This document shows positions 33,331 through 42,005 of a DNA stretch of 64,000 bases, in pieces. Numbering within the stretch: position 1 is the stretch's first letter; each line of letters starts with the position of its first letter. The stretch is from contig CBDCSU010000006.1 of assembly GCA_965221775.1 (NCBI GenBank), positions 2,176,001 through 2,240,000 on the forward strand. The letters run 5' to 3'. Source of the stretch: Candidatus Latescibacterota bacterium. GTDB taxonomy: Bacteria; Latescibacterota; UBA2968; UBA8231. Both the position numbers and the translations under genes were made by a program. The notes under the pieces were generated by a model. The model was not told the DNA's origin. It did no database searches and saw nothing but the letters and a program-made list of their open reading frames with translations.

Positions 33331-33470
33331 ATGATACCATGTGCCGGGGCTGGAGGCGACCCTGACGAGACGACATTGCACGAGGACCGGGCGGGACCGG
33401 GAATCTTCGATGACGGCCCGGACGGCGGCTGCCGGAGGACTTGCCGGTGCAATGAAACATGCGCTACACT
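33331..33470. promoter_or_regulatory. Divergent promoter region between supA and the REC-PP2C operon
   Basis: Minus strand: extended -10 TGGTATCAT (33339-33331). Plus strand: TTGCCG (33441-33446), 18-nt spacer, TACACT (33465-33470). Confidence 0.45.
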
Positions 33471-33527
33471 CCCCGACTTGCGTACCTTACAGTCCGGCGA
33501 GCAGCGCATTGAAAGGCCAGTGACCGC

Positions 33528-34709
33528 ATGTCCAATCCTGGAACGACCATGGTGCCGAAGATCCTCGTGGTGGACGACGAGCCGGATCTCGAGGTGCTGC
33601 TCCGGCAGAAGTTCAGGCGCAAGACCCGCTCCGGACAGCTCAGCCTGATCTTCGCCCAGAACGGGGTCGAGGCCCTCAAGCAGCTCGAGGACCACGACGA
33701 TGTCGACCTGGTGCTTTCCGACATCAACATGCCCGAGATGGACGGTCTCACCCTCCTGCAGCAACTCGGCAGTCTCGACTACGACCTGCGGGCGGTGATG
33801 GTCACCGCCTACGGGGACATGAAGAACATCCGCACCGCCATGAACCGGGGCGCTTTCGACTTCGTCACCAAGCCGATCGACTTCGAGGATCTCGAGGCGA
33901 CGATCGACAAGACCCTCGAGCACCTGGTGATCATGCGAGAGGCGCTGCGGTCCCGGGACGAGCTGGTGGCCCTGCGCCAGGAACTCGGGGTGGCGGCGCA
34001 GATGCAGGAGTCCATCCTGCCCACCGATTTCCCCAGGGATCCCCGTTTCGAGCTTCACGCCTCCATGATCCCGGCGCGCGAGGTGGGCGGCGACTTCTAC
34101 GACTTCTTCCGGCTCGAGGATGAGCGCCTGGGTATCGTGGTGGCCGACGTATCCGGAAAGGGGGTGCCGGCGGCCCTCTTCATGATGGTGAGCCGCACCC
34201 TGATGAAGGGCACCGCCATCGGGGAGGGCGACCCGGGGGCCTGTCTCACCGAGGTGAACCAGCTCCTCACCGAGTCGAACGAGGAGTCGATGTTCGTCAC
34301 CGTCTTCTATACCAGCTTCAACCCGGAGACGGGGCACGTGGAATACGCCAATGCGGGGCACAATCTGCCGTACGTGGTCAAGCCCTCCGGCCAGGTCCGG
34401 CAGATCGACTGCCCCCCGGGTCTCGTCCTCGGCGTGCTTCCGGAGTTCGACTTTCCCGGCGGCAACCTCGACCTCGAGCCGGGAGACGCGCTGTTCTTCT
34501 ACACCGACGGCGTCAACGAGGCGATGGACGAGAACGGCGAGGAGTTCGGCGACGAGAGGCTGACCCGGGTCCTGGCGGAAGCCGCCGGATCGAGCGCCGC
34601 CGACTTCAGTCAGCGGATGGTGGAGGCCGTGCACGCCCACGCCGGCGAGGCCCCCCAGTCCGACGACATCACCTGCATGACCCTCCGCTACCTGGGAGGT
34701 GGCTCCTGA
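33528..34709 (+). CDS. Response regulator receiver + PP2C/SpoIIE phosphatase (RsbU/RsbY-like)
   Basis: REC: VVDDEPD, LSDINMP, FVTKP; PP2C: VGGDFYD, VADVSGKG, YTDGVNE, SDDIT. Confidence 0.92.
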   Translation: MSNPGTTMVPKILVVDDEPDLEVLLRQKFRRKTRSGQLSLIFAQNGVEALKQLEDHDDVDLVLSDINMPEMDGLTLLQQLGSLDYDLRAVMVTAYGDMKNIRTAMNRGAFDFVTKPIDFEDLEATIDKTLEHLVIMREALRSRDELVALRQELGVAAQMQESILPTDFPRDPRFELHASMIPAREVGGDFYDFFRLEDERLGIVVADVSGKGVPAALFMMVSRTLMKGTAIGEGDPGACLTEVNQLLTESNEESMFVTVFYTSFNPETGHVEYANAGHNLPYVVKPSGQVRQIDCPPGLVLGVLPEFDFPGGNLDLEPGDALFFYTDGVNEAMDENGEEFGDERLTRVLAEAAGSSAADFSQRMVEAVHAHAGEAPQSDDITCMTLRYLGGGS

Positions 34710-34710
34710 G

Positions 34711-35898
34711 ATGACCCGGCTGGCCCTCCTCGCCGCCGCGGCGTTCGGGCTGGCCCCGGCGGCGGCGGTCGGGCAGGGGGCGCAGGGAGGCGGCGACGGG
34801 GTCCATGCCGACTCCATCCTCTTCGGCCAGTCGGCGGCGCTGAGCGGCCCGGCCGCCGAACTGGGCCGCAACATGAACCTCGGCATCCGCGCCGCCTTCG
34901 AGGAGGTCAACCGGTCCGGCGGCATCGGCGGCCGCCAACTGAAGCTCCTGGTGCGGGACGACGGTTACGAGCCCGAAGCCGCCGTCGCCAACACCCGGGA
35001 GCTCATCGCCCGCGGCGTCTTCGGCCTCATCGGCGCCGTCGGCACACCCACTTCCAACGCCGCCGAGCCGATCGCCAGCGGCGCCTCGGTCCCCTACATC
35101 GGACCCTTCACCGGCGCCGAGCTGCTCCGGGGGGACGACCAGCGCTACGTGGTGAACGTGCGCGCCTCCTACTTCCAGGAGACGGAAGAGATGGTGGCGC
35201 GGCTCACCGAGGACCTGGGCTTCCGCCGCATCGCCATCCTCTACCAGGACGACAGCTACGGCATGGCCGGCCTGACGGGGGTCCGCCAGGCCCTCGGCCG
35301 GCGCGGCATGGAGCTGGTGGGCGAGGTCACCTACATGCGCAACACGGTGGCCGTGAAGCGGGCCCTCCTCGGCCTTCAGGACAGCGACCCGGAGGCGGTC
35401 ATCATCATCGGCGCCTACCGCCCGGCGGCCCACTTCATCAAGTGGGCGCGGAAGATCGGCCTGGGCGCCGTCTTCGTGAACATCTCCTTCGTCGGCAGCA
35501 ACGCCCTGCTGCAGGAGCTGGGCCGCCACGGCGACGGCGTCGTGGTGACCCAGGTGGTGCCCTTCCCCCGGGACACCGGGATCCCGGTGGTGGTCCGCTA
35601 TCACGCCGCCCTGAAGGCGGTGGAAGCGGCGGCTCAACCGGGGTTCGTCTCCCTGGAGGGGTATCTCGCCGGGCGCCTGGTGGTCGATGCCCTGCGCGCC
35701 GCCACCGCCTCCGGCGACGGCGGACCGGTCCCGCCCACCCGCGAGGCCTTCCTCCGCGTTCTGGAGGAGGCCGGCCCCATCGACCTGGGGGGCTTCCGGG
35801 TCGAGTACGGACCGGGGGACAACCAGGGGTCCGACAGGGTCTTCCTGACCATGATCCGCGGGGGCCGGTTCGCCCCGGTGACCCACTTGTCGCGGTGA
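34711..35898 (+). CDS. Periplasmic ligand-binding protein (PBP type 1), orphan of any ABC transporter
   Basis: Signal peptide; GQSAALSGPAAELG, DDGYEP, GAVGTPT, NVRASY, SLEGYLAG. Confidence 0.85.
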   Translation: MTRLALLAAAAFGLAPAAAVGQGAQGGGDGVHADSILFGQSAALSGPAAELGRNMNLGIRAAFEEVNRSGGIGGRQLKLLVRDDGYEPEAAVANTRELIARGVFGLIGAVGTPTSNAAEPIASGASVPYIGPFTGAELLRGDDQRYVVNVRASYFQETEEMVARLTEDLGFRRIAILYQDDSYGMAGLTGVRQALGRRGMELVGEVTYMRNTVAVKRALLGLQDSDPEAVIIIGAYRPAAHFIKWARKIGLGAVFVNISFVGSNALLQELGRHGDGVVVTQVVPFPRDTGIPVVVRYHAALKAVEAAAQPGFVSLEGYLAGRLVVDALRAATASGDGGPVPPTREAFLRVLEEAGPIDLGGFRVEYGPGDNQGSDRVFLTMIRGGRFAPVTHLSR

Positions 35899-35903
35899 AG
35901 GCG

Positions 35904-38153
35904 ATGGACGACCGCATTCACGCCGCCTTCGCGTGGTTCCTGAAGCGGCTCCCGAGCCGTCTCGGGGCCCGTCTGCGCAGGGCCACGGGAGGCCGCTTCG
36001 GCATCGGCAGCCAGATCGTCGTGGTCCTGGGGGGCGGGGTGACCCTGACCATCGGCGCGGTGGTCCTGGCGCTGGTGCTGATGAGAGTCGTGAGCTCCCG
36101 CCAGAGCGAGGTCACCGAGGGCCACATGCCGGCCCTGGTGGCCGCCTTCGAGGTCGCCCGCAGCAGCTCCGAGCTGGTGCGGGCATCGCCCCGGCTCCTG
36201 GCCGCCGCCGATCCCGCGGGCCTCAAGCAGGTGGGACGGGACGTGGCCCGGGAGGAAGAAATCCTCCGGAGGTGGCTCGTGGAGGTGAAGCGGGCCGAGT
36301 CCAAGGGCGGCGTCGAGGGCGGGGTGGGGCACCGGGTCGTGCCGCTGGCCGACAGTCTGGTGGAGAGCATCACCCGGATCCAGGAGTCGGTGAGCCGCAG
36401 GATGGCGTACCGGGACCGGCTCCGGGAGCTGGAAGGGCGGGTGGAGAGCCTGGCCCTGGAGCTGCAGCTGTTGCTGGAGGAGCTGGTGGACGACCAGCAC
36501 TTCTTCATGCACACCGGACTCCGCGGCCTCGACGACGCCCCGGTCCCCGCCGCCCGGCGGACGTCGAGGTCCGAGCTCGCCCACTACGCCGGTCTCCTCG
36601 ACTTCCAGGCTTCGCAGAACGTCACCACCACCTTCGTGCAGCAGGCGATGACCGAGGATGACCCCGAGCTGTTGCGGGCGAACCGGGAGCGGGTGGAGAC
36701 GGCCATGAGCGACGTGAGGAGGGCCCTGTCCGGGATCCGGCCCGGGATCCGGTCGCGGCTCCAGCCTCGCGTGGAGGTCCTGAGAGATCTCTACGCCGCG
36801 TCCGACGGCGCTCTCGAGACCCGAACCCGCGAACTGGCGGAGATCCGCCGCTCCGAGGATCTCCTGGCGCGCAATCAGCAGACGACGGCGGACCTGGTGG
36901 CGATGGTGGAGGGCCTGGTGAAGGACGCCGAGGCCTCCACCCGGAACGCGGCCAATCGCTCGCGCAATCTGGTGCGCCTCGGGTTCTGGTTCCTGCTCGG
37001 GGTCACCCTGCTGACCCTGGTGGCTGCCTGCTTCGTCTGGAAGCTCTTCGGCGAGCGTCTGCTGGCGCGGATGGACAGCCTCTTCGACGCCACCCGGCGG
37101 ATGTCGGAGGGAGACCTGGAGGTGCAGGTGCGGATCGAGGGCAACGACGAGGTGACCGACATGGCCGGGGCCCTGGAGATCTTCCGGCAGCACGCCGTCG
37201 AGGTGCAGCGGCTCAATCTCGTGGAGAAGCTGGCGGCGGAGGTGCAGGCCAAGAACTCGGAGCTCGAGGCCACCAACTCCGAGCTGGAAACGACGCTGGA
37301 AGACCTCAAGCGCACCCAGCAGCAGGTCATCAGCCAGGAGAAGCTGGCCTCCCTGGGCGCCCTCACCGCCGGCATCGCCCACGAGATCCGGAACCCCCTG
37401 AACTTCGTGAACAACTTCGCCGGCCTGTCGTCGGAGCTGATCGACGAGTTGCGGGAAGAGCTGAAACGGGAGGGGAACGGCGAGGGCGAGGGGGACGGCG
37501 AGGGCGGCATGGACCGGGAACTGGTGGAGGAGATCCTCGACGATCTCGGCGGGAACGTGGTCAAGGTCAGGGAGCACGGCGAGCGCGCCAACCGCATCGT
37601 CGAGGGCATGCTGGCCCACTCCCGCAACGAGGCGGGACAGGTGGAAGCGGTGGACATCAACCTGATGGTGGACGAGTACGCCAAGCTCGCCTATCACGGT
37701 CTCAGGGGAACCGACTCGACCTTCAACGTCAACCTGGTGCAGGAGTTCGACGACAACGCCGGCGAGGTCGATGCCGTCTCCCGTGACTTGAGCCGGGTCT
37801 TCCTCAACGTGGTCACCAACGCCTGCCATGCCACCATCGCCCGCGGCAAGGAGGCGGAAGGGCCCTACGAGCCCACCGTGAGCCTGAAGACCGAGAGCCG
37901 CGGGGAGACCGTCTGCATCTCCATCCGCGACAATGGCACGGGTATCCCGGACCACATCGTCGACAAGATCTTCGACCCCTTCTTCACCACCAAGTCGGGG
38001 ACCCAGGGCACCGGTCTGGGGCTGTCGATCTCCCACGAGATCATCCGCGAGCACGGCGGGGAGTTCCAGGTGGAGACCGAGGTGGGGGAGTACACCGAGT
38101 TCAGGATCGTGCTGCCGCGAAAGCGCCTCGCTCCAGCGGCTGAGGGTTCCTGA
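35904..38153 (+). CDS. Membrane sensor histidine kinase (large helical periplasmic domain, HAMP, HisKA, HATPase)
   Basis: Two TMs; GNDEVTDMA (HAMP); QEKLASLGALTAGIAHEIRNPLNF (H box); DNGTGI, FDPFFTTK, GTGLGL; start may be GTG 35895. Confidence 0.9.
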   Translation: MDDRIHAAFAWFLKRLPSRLGARLRRATGGRFGIGSQIVVVLGGGVTLTIGAVVLALVLMRVVSSRQSEVTEGHMPALVAAFEVARSSSELVRASPRLLAAADPAGLKQVGRDVAREEEILRRWLVEVKRAESKGGVEGGVGHRVVPLADSLVESITRIQESVSRRMAYRDRLRELEGRVESLALELQLLLEELVDDQHFFMHTGLRGLDDAPVPAARRTSRSELAHYAGLLDFQASQNVTTTFVQQAMTEDDPELLRANRERVETAMSDVRRALSGIRPGIRSRLQPRVEVLRDLYAASDGALETRTRELAEIRRSEDLLARNQQTTADLVAMVEGLVKDAEASTRNAANRSRNLVRLGFWFLLGVTLLTLVAACFVWKLFGERLLARMDSLFDATRRMSEGDLEVQVRIEGNDEVTDMAGALEIFRQHAVEVQRLNLVEKLAAEVQAKNSELEATNSELETTLEDLKRTQQQVISQEKLASLGALTAGIAHEIRNPLNFVNNFAGLSSELIDELREELKREGNGEGEGDGEGGMDRELVEEILDDLGGNVVKVREHGERANRIVEGMLAHSRNEAGQVEAVDINLMVDEYAKLAYHGLRGTDSTFNVNLVQEFDDNAGEVDAVSRDLSRVFLNVVTNACHATIARGKEAEGPYEPTVSLKTESRGETVCISIRDNGTGIPDHIVDKIFDPFFTTKSGTQGTGLGLSISHEIIREHGGEFQVETEVGEYTEFRIVLPRKRLAPAAEGS

Positions 38154-38188
38154 TTCCACCAGCCAGGATTGGATTCCGAGGACAAGCG

Positions 38189-38959
38189 ATGAAGATCGAG
38201 TGCGCCGCCGTGGCGGCCCTGATGCTGGCCACCGGGGCCGCGGCGCCGGCGCAGACCGAGTTCCACCTGCAGTACGGCGAGTTGCTGAACCCGTTCTCCG
38301 CCACCGAAGAGGCGACCCTCGTGGTCACCGTCCAGAGGGCTTCCGGATGGCAGTTCGGGGACAGCTTCTTCTTCGTCGATTACCTCGACGACGGCGGCGA
38401 GGACGGCTTCAACGACAGGGAGTTCTACGCCGAGTGGTATCCGACGCTCAGCCTGGGCAAGCTCTCCGGCCGGGACCTGCGCCTGGGGCCGGTGGCCGAC
38501 CTCTCCCTCGTGGCCGGTATCAACGCCGGAGGCGACGGCAAGGTCGTGAAGTACCTCCCCGGTCTGAGGGCCTCCTGGGAGGTGCCGGGATTCCTGTTCC
38601 TCAACACCGATCTCACCGCCTATATCGACGATAACGCCGGCCTCGCCGCCGGCGGCCCCCCGGAGACCGGAAACAGCTTCACGCTCGACGTCAGCTGGGC
38701 CTTCCCCTTCGAGGCGGCCGGCCAGTCCTTCGCCGTCGGCGGCCACGCCGAGTACGTCGCCGGCAGCACCGACGAGGTCGATGGCGAGGTGAGGGGGTGG
38801 ATTCTCGCTCAGCCCCAGCTCACGTGGGACCTGGGCCGGGCGCTCATCGGGGCTCCCGGCCGGCTGCTGGCCGGCATCGAGTACCAGCACTGGCGCAACA
38901 AGCTCGGAACGGACCAGCAGGAGAGCACCGCCCAGCTGCTGCTGGTCTGGCGTCCCTGA
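38189..38959 (+). CDS. Tsx/OmpK-like outer-membrane channel (nucleoside-channel family)
   Basis: Signal peptide; SGWQFGDSFFFVD, FYAEWYPTLSLGKL, QPQLTWDLG, GIEYQHWRNKLG. Confidence 0.7.
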   Translation: MKIECAAVAALMLATGAAAPAQTEFHLQYGELLNPFSATEEATLVVTVQRASGWQFGDSFFFVDYLDDGGEDGFNDREFYAEWYPTLSLGKLSGRDLRLGPVADLSLVAGINAGGDGKVVKYLPGLRASWEVPGFLFLNTDLTAYIDDNAGLAAGGPPETGNSFTLDVSWAFPFEAAGQSFAVGGHAEYVAGSTDEVDGEVRGWILAQPQLTWDLGRALIGAPGRLLAGIEYQHWRNKLGTDQQESTAQLLLVWRP

Positions 38960-38971
38960 TCGGAGAGGGTC

Positions 38972-40711
38972 TTGGAAACCGCGCACGGCAACGAGAACAT
39001 CCGCTTCGAGCCGGATGAACAACCCCCCCACCCGGTTGCCGCCGGGGTCGGCTTTCAGGCCGCGGTGGTCGTCCTCGCCCCCGTGGTGCTCAGCGCCATC
39101 ATCATCGGGCGCGCCGGTGGTCAGGGTCCGGACTACCTGGCCTGGACCGCCTTCGCGGCGCTGGTGGTGAGCGGCGTTACCACGGTCCTGCAGGCGGTCC
39201 GCCTCGGGCGGATCGGGGCCGGCCACGTGCTCATCATGGGCACCTCCGGCGCCTTCATCGCGGTCTGCATCGCGGCCCTGGCCCAGGGGGGACCGCCCCT
39301 GATGGCGAGCCTGATCGCGGTCTCCGCGCTCTTCCAGTTCGCCCTGTCGGCGCGGCTCTCCCTGGTGCGCCGGGTGATCACCCCGGTCGTCTCCGGAACG
39401 GTGATCATGCTGATCGCGGTGACGGTCATGCCGATCATCTTCGGCCTGCTCACCGATGTGCCCGAGGGCACGCCCCCCGCCGCGGCGCCCTCCGCGGCGG
39501 GGGCGACCTTCCTCGCCCTGGTGGTGCTGGCCCTGCGCGCCCCGCCGGCCTGGCGGCTGTGGGCGCCCCTCATCGGCATCGCCGTGGGCTGCGTCACCGC
39601 CGTCCCCTTCGGGCTGTATGACGCCCAGTCCGTGATCGATGCGCCCTGGATCGGCTTTCCCGACAGCGCATGGCCGGGGCTGGACCTGAGCCTGGGCCCG
39701 GAGTTCTGGGCCCTGCTGCCGGCCTTCGTGGTCGTCACCGTCGTCGGCGCCATCGAGACCATCGGCGACGGGGTCGCCATCCAACGGGTCTCGAGGCGCC
39801 AGCCGCGGGCCACCGATTTCCGCGTGGTCCAGGGCGCTCTCAACGCCGACGGGGTGGGCAACCTGCTGTCCGGACTCGCCGGGACCCCTCCCAACACGAC
39901 CTACTCGACGAGCATATCCCTGGCCGAGCTCACCGGGGTCGCCGCGCGCCGGGTCGGGGTGTATATCGGCGTGATCTTCATGGTCCTGGCCCTCTCGCCC
40001 AAGGTGACGGCCCTGGTGATCGCCATCCCCAACCCCGTGGGGGCGGCGTATGTCACCCTGCTCATTGGCATGCTCTTCGTGCAGGGGATGAAGATCGTCG
40101 TCGCCGACGGTCTCGATCACCGCAAGGCGGCGATGGTGGGGCTGTCGTTCTGGATCGGCGTCGGCTTTCAGAACCAGGTGATCTTCGCCGATCTGCTGGG
40201 GAAGACCTGGGGCACCCTCCTCGGCAACGGCATGACCGCCGGCGGGATGGCGGCCATCGCCCTCACCGCCTTCATGGAGATCACCGCTCCCCGGCGCCGT
40301 CGCCTGGAGGCGAAGCTGGCGGCGGCGTCGCTGCCGGAGATCGACGCCTTCCTCGAGAAGTGGGCGGCCCGGGCGGGCTGGGGCGAGGCGTCGACGGGGC
40401 GGCTGCGCTCGGCGGGAGAGGAGACGCTGGCGATCCTGTTGCAGCAGGCGGAGGAGGACGGGGCGGCCGGCAGGGACCGGCGGCTGATCCTCACGGCGCG
40501 TCTTGCCGAGGGTGCCATGGAACTGGAGTTCTCGGCATCCTCCGGCGCCGGGAACCTGGAGGACCGGCTGGCCTTCCTGACCGACCAGCCCGAGTTCGTG
40601 GACGAGCGCGAGATTTCCTTCCGCCTGTTGCGGCACTATGCCACCTCGGTGCGCCACCAGAAGTACCACGACGTGGACATCGTCGCGGTGCAGGTCGCGC
40701 AATCGCCCTGA
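38972..40711 (+). CDS. NCS2 permease fused to a degenerate RsbW-like domain (copy 2)
   Basis: TTG start; LQAVRLGRIGAGHV, RRVITPVVSGTVIMLI, IETIGD, GTPPNTTYS; C-terminal domain from 40292 homologous to copy 1. Confidence 0.8.
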   Translation: METAHGNENIRFEPDEQPPHPVAAGVGFQAAVVVLAPVVLSAIIIGRAGGQGPDYLAWTAFAALVVSGVTTVLQAVRLGRIGAGHVLIMGTSGAFIAVCIAALAQGGPPLMASLIAVSALFQFALSARLSLVRRVITPVVSGTVIMLIAVTVMPIIFGLLTDVPEGTPPAAAPSAAGATFLALVVLALRAPPAWRLWAPLIGIAVGCVTAVPFGLYDAQSVIDAPWIGFPDSAWPGLDLSLGPEFWALLPAFVVVTVVGAIETIGDGVAIQRVSRRQPRATDFRVVQGALNADGVGNLLSGLAGTPPNTTYSTSISLAELTGVAARRVGVYIGVIFMVLALSPKVTALVIAIPNPVGAAYVTLLIGMLFVQGMKIVVADGLDHRKAAMVGLSFWIGVGFQNQVIFADLLGKTWGTLLGNGMTAGGMAAIALTAFMEITAPRRRRLEAKLAAASLPEIDAFLEKWAARAGWGEASTGRLRSAGEETLAILLQQAEEDGAAGRDRRLILTARLAEGAMELEFSASSGAGNLEDRLAFLTDQPEFVDEREISFRLLRHYATSVRHQKYHDVDIVAVQVAQSP

Positions 40712-40817
40712 GCGGAGTGGCTCCCCACATGGTTGCCCCGAATTCCGTGGCATCCCTATCCTTCGTCCCGCGTCCTTCCATGCCAAGCTGCACACCCCCC
40801 CAGCGTTCCTCCGCGCC

Positions 40818-42002
40818 ATGACCGGGCCGGCACCCCCCAAGAGCTACCTCGAGGGATACGGGAAGGCCCGTCGGCACGACGCCGAGAGGGCCGACAACTA
40901 CATGCGCCACATCCACATCGGCGATCCTCCGCTGGACCAAGTGATGGAGGAACTGGCGTCCCTGCCGCCGCCGGACCTGCATCGCTTCATCCAGGCCGGC
41001 ATAGACCAGGAGAGCGAGGGCCTGCGCACCGCGCCGCGGGTCATGCGCGAGTTCTTCGACAGGGTCGACTCCGAGAATCCACCCTGGTTCGACTACGAGG
41101 CCTTCAGGCCCGGCGTCCGCGCCTTCCACTTGAACGCCACGCGGGTGCTCGTCGCCTTCGTCACGGGGGTGCTGATCGAGGGCTTCTCCACCCTCATCGC
41201 CAAGTCCTTCGCCACCACCGGGCGCGTGCTCAACCGGTCGACGGCGAGAAGGCGCCTCATGCAGAACAACCGGCATCTGCTGGAGGTGTTCTTTCCGGGC
41301 GGCCTGCGGCGCAACGGCGACGGCTGGAAGCTGTCCATGCGCCTGCGCTTCGTTCACGCCCGCGTGAGGCACCTGCTGGCGAACTCCGACGAATGGGATC
41401 AGGAGGCCCATGGCACGCCCCTGCACGCGGCGCACCTGGGCCTTGCCACGACCGTCTTCTCCATGCGCCTGCTGCAACACGCCGCCGCCGTGGGCGCCAT
41501 CTTCAACCAGGAAGAGCAGAAGAGCGTCATGGACATCTGGCGCTATACCGGCCACGTCATGGGTGTCCCCGAAGGCATGCTCTTCACCGACAGGGAAGAC
41601 GCGAAGGAGATCTTCAAGGTCGCTCACATGTGCGAGCCGGCCCCGGACCAGGACTCGGCCACCATGGCCAACGCGCTGATCGGGGCGATTCCACTGACCG
41701 CGGGAATAGCCGACCCGGACGAGCAGGAAGCGGTGATGAAGCTCGCCTACACTCTCTCCCGGGCCCTGATCGGCAACGAGATGGCCAACCAGCTGCAGTT
41801 TCCGAAGACCCGGACCTTCGGGGCCCTCTTCGCCTACCGGATCAAGCAACGCTTCCAAGGTCTGATCAAGAGCAAGGAGCTGCTCCGATCGGAGAACTTC
41901 TGCCAGCTCCTGGAGATCTCGGCGTACGACGAATCCGAGAAGACCGGCCTGAGCTACCGGATGCCCGACCACGTACGCGCATCCAGGTCGAGCCCCTGGT
42001 GA
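40818..42002 (+). CDS. Oxygenase of the MpaB/Lcp (DUF2236) family
   Basis: PPWFDYEAF..G, SFATTGR, RRLMQN, RLRFVHARVRHLL (heme-ligand His motif), WD..AHGTP, WRYTGHVMGVPE. Confidence 0.75.
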   Translation: MTGPAPPKSYLEGYGKARRHDAERADNYMRHIHIGDPPLDQVMEELASLPPPDLHRFIQAGIDQESEGLRTAPRVMREFFDRVDSENPPWFDYEAFRPGVRAFHLNATRVLVAFVTGVLIEGFSTLIAKSFATTGRVLNRSTARRRLMQNNRHLLEVFFPGGLRRNGDGWKLSMRLRFVHARVRHLLANSDEWDQEAHGTPLHAAHLGLATTVFSMRLLQHAAAVGAIFNQEEQKSVMDIWRYTGHVMGVPEGMLFTDREDAKEIFKVAHMCEPAPDQDSATMANALIGAIPLTAGIADPDEQEAVMKLAYTLSRALIGNEMANQLQFPKTRTFGALFAYRIKQRFQGLIKSKELLRSENFCQLLEISAYDESEKTGLSYRMPDHVRASRSSPW

Positions 42003-42005
42003 GGG

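Noticed and set aside
20960-33527. sup block as a mobile element or island (opposite strand, supB-D look slightly less GC-rich)
   Set aside because: No integrase, transposase, tRNA or flanking direct repeats seen; the composition shift was not quantified
33279-34925. 549-aa N-terminal extension of the PKS in the 3962-aa ORF call
   Set aside because: It is the antisense shadow of the REC-PP2C gene; the KS begins right after ATG 33278, which has an RBS
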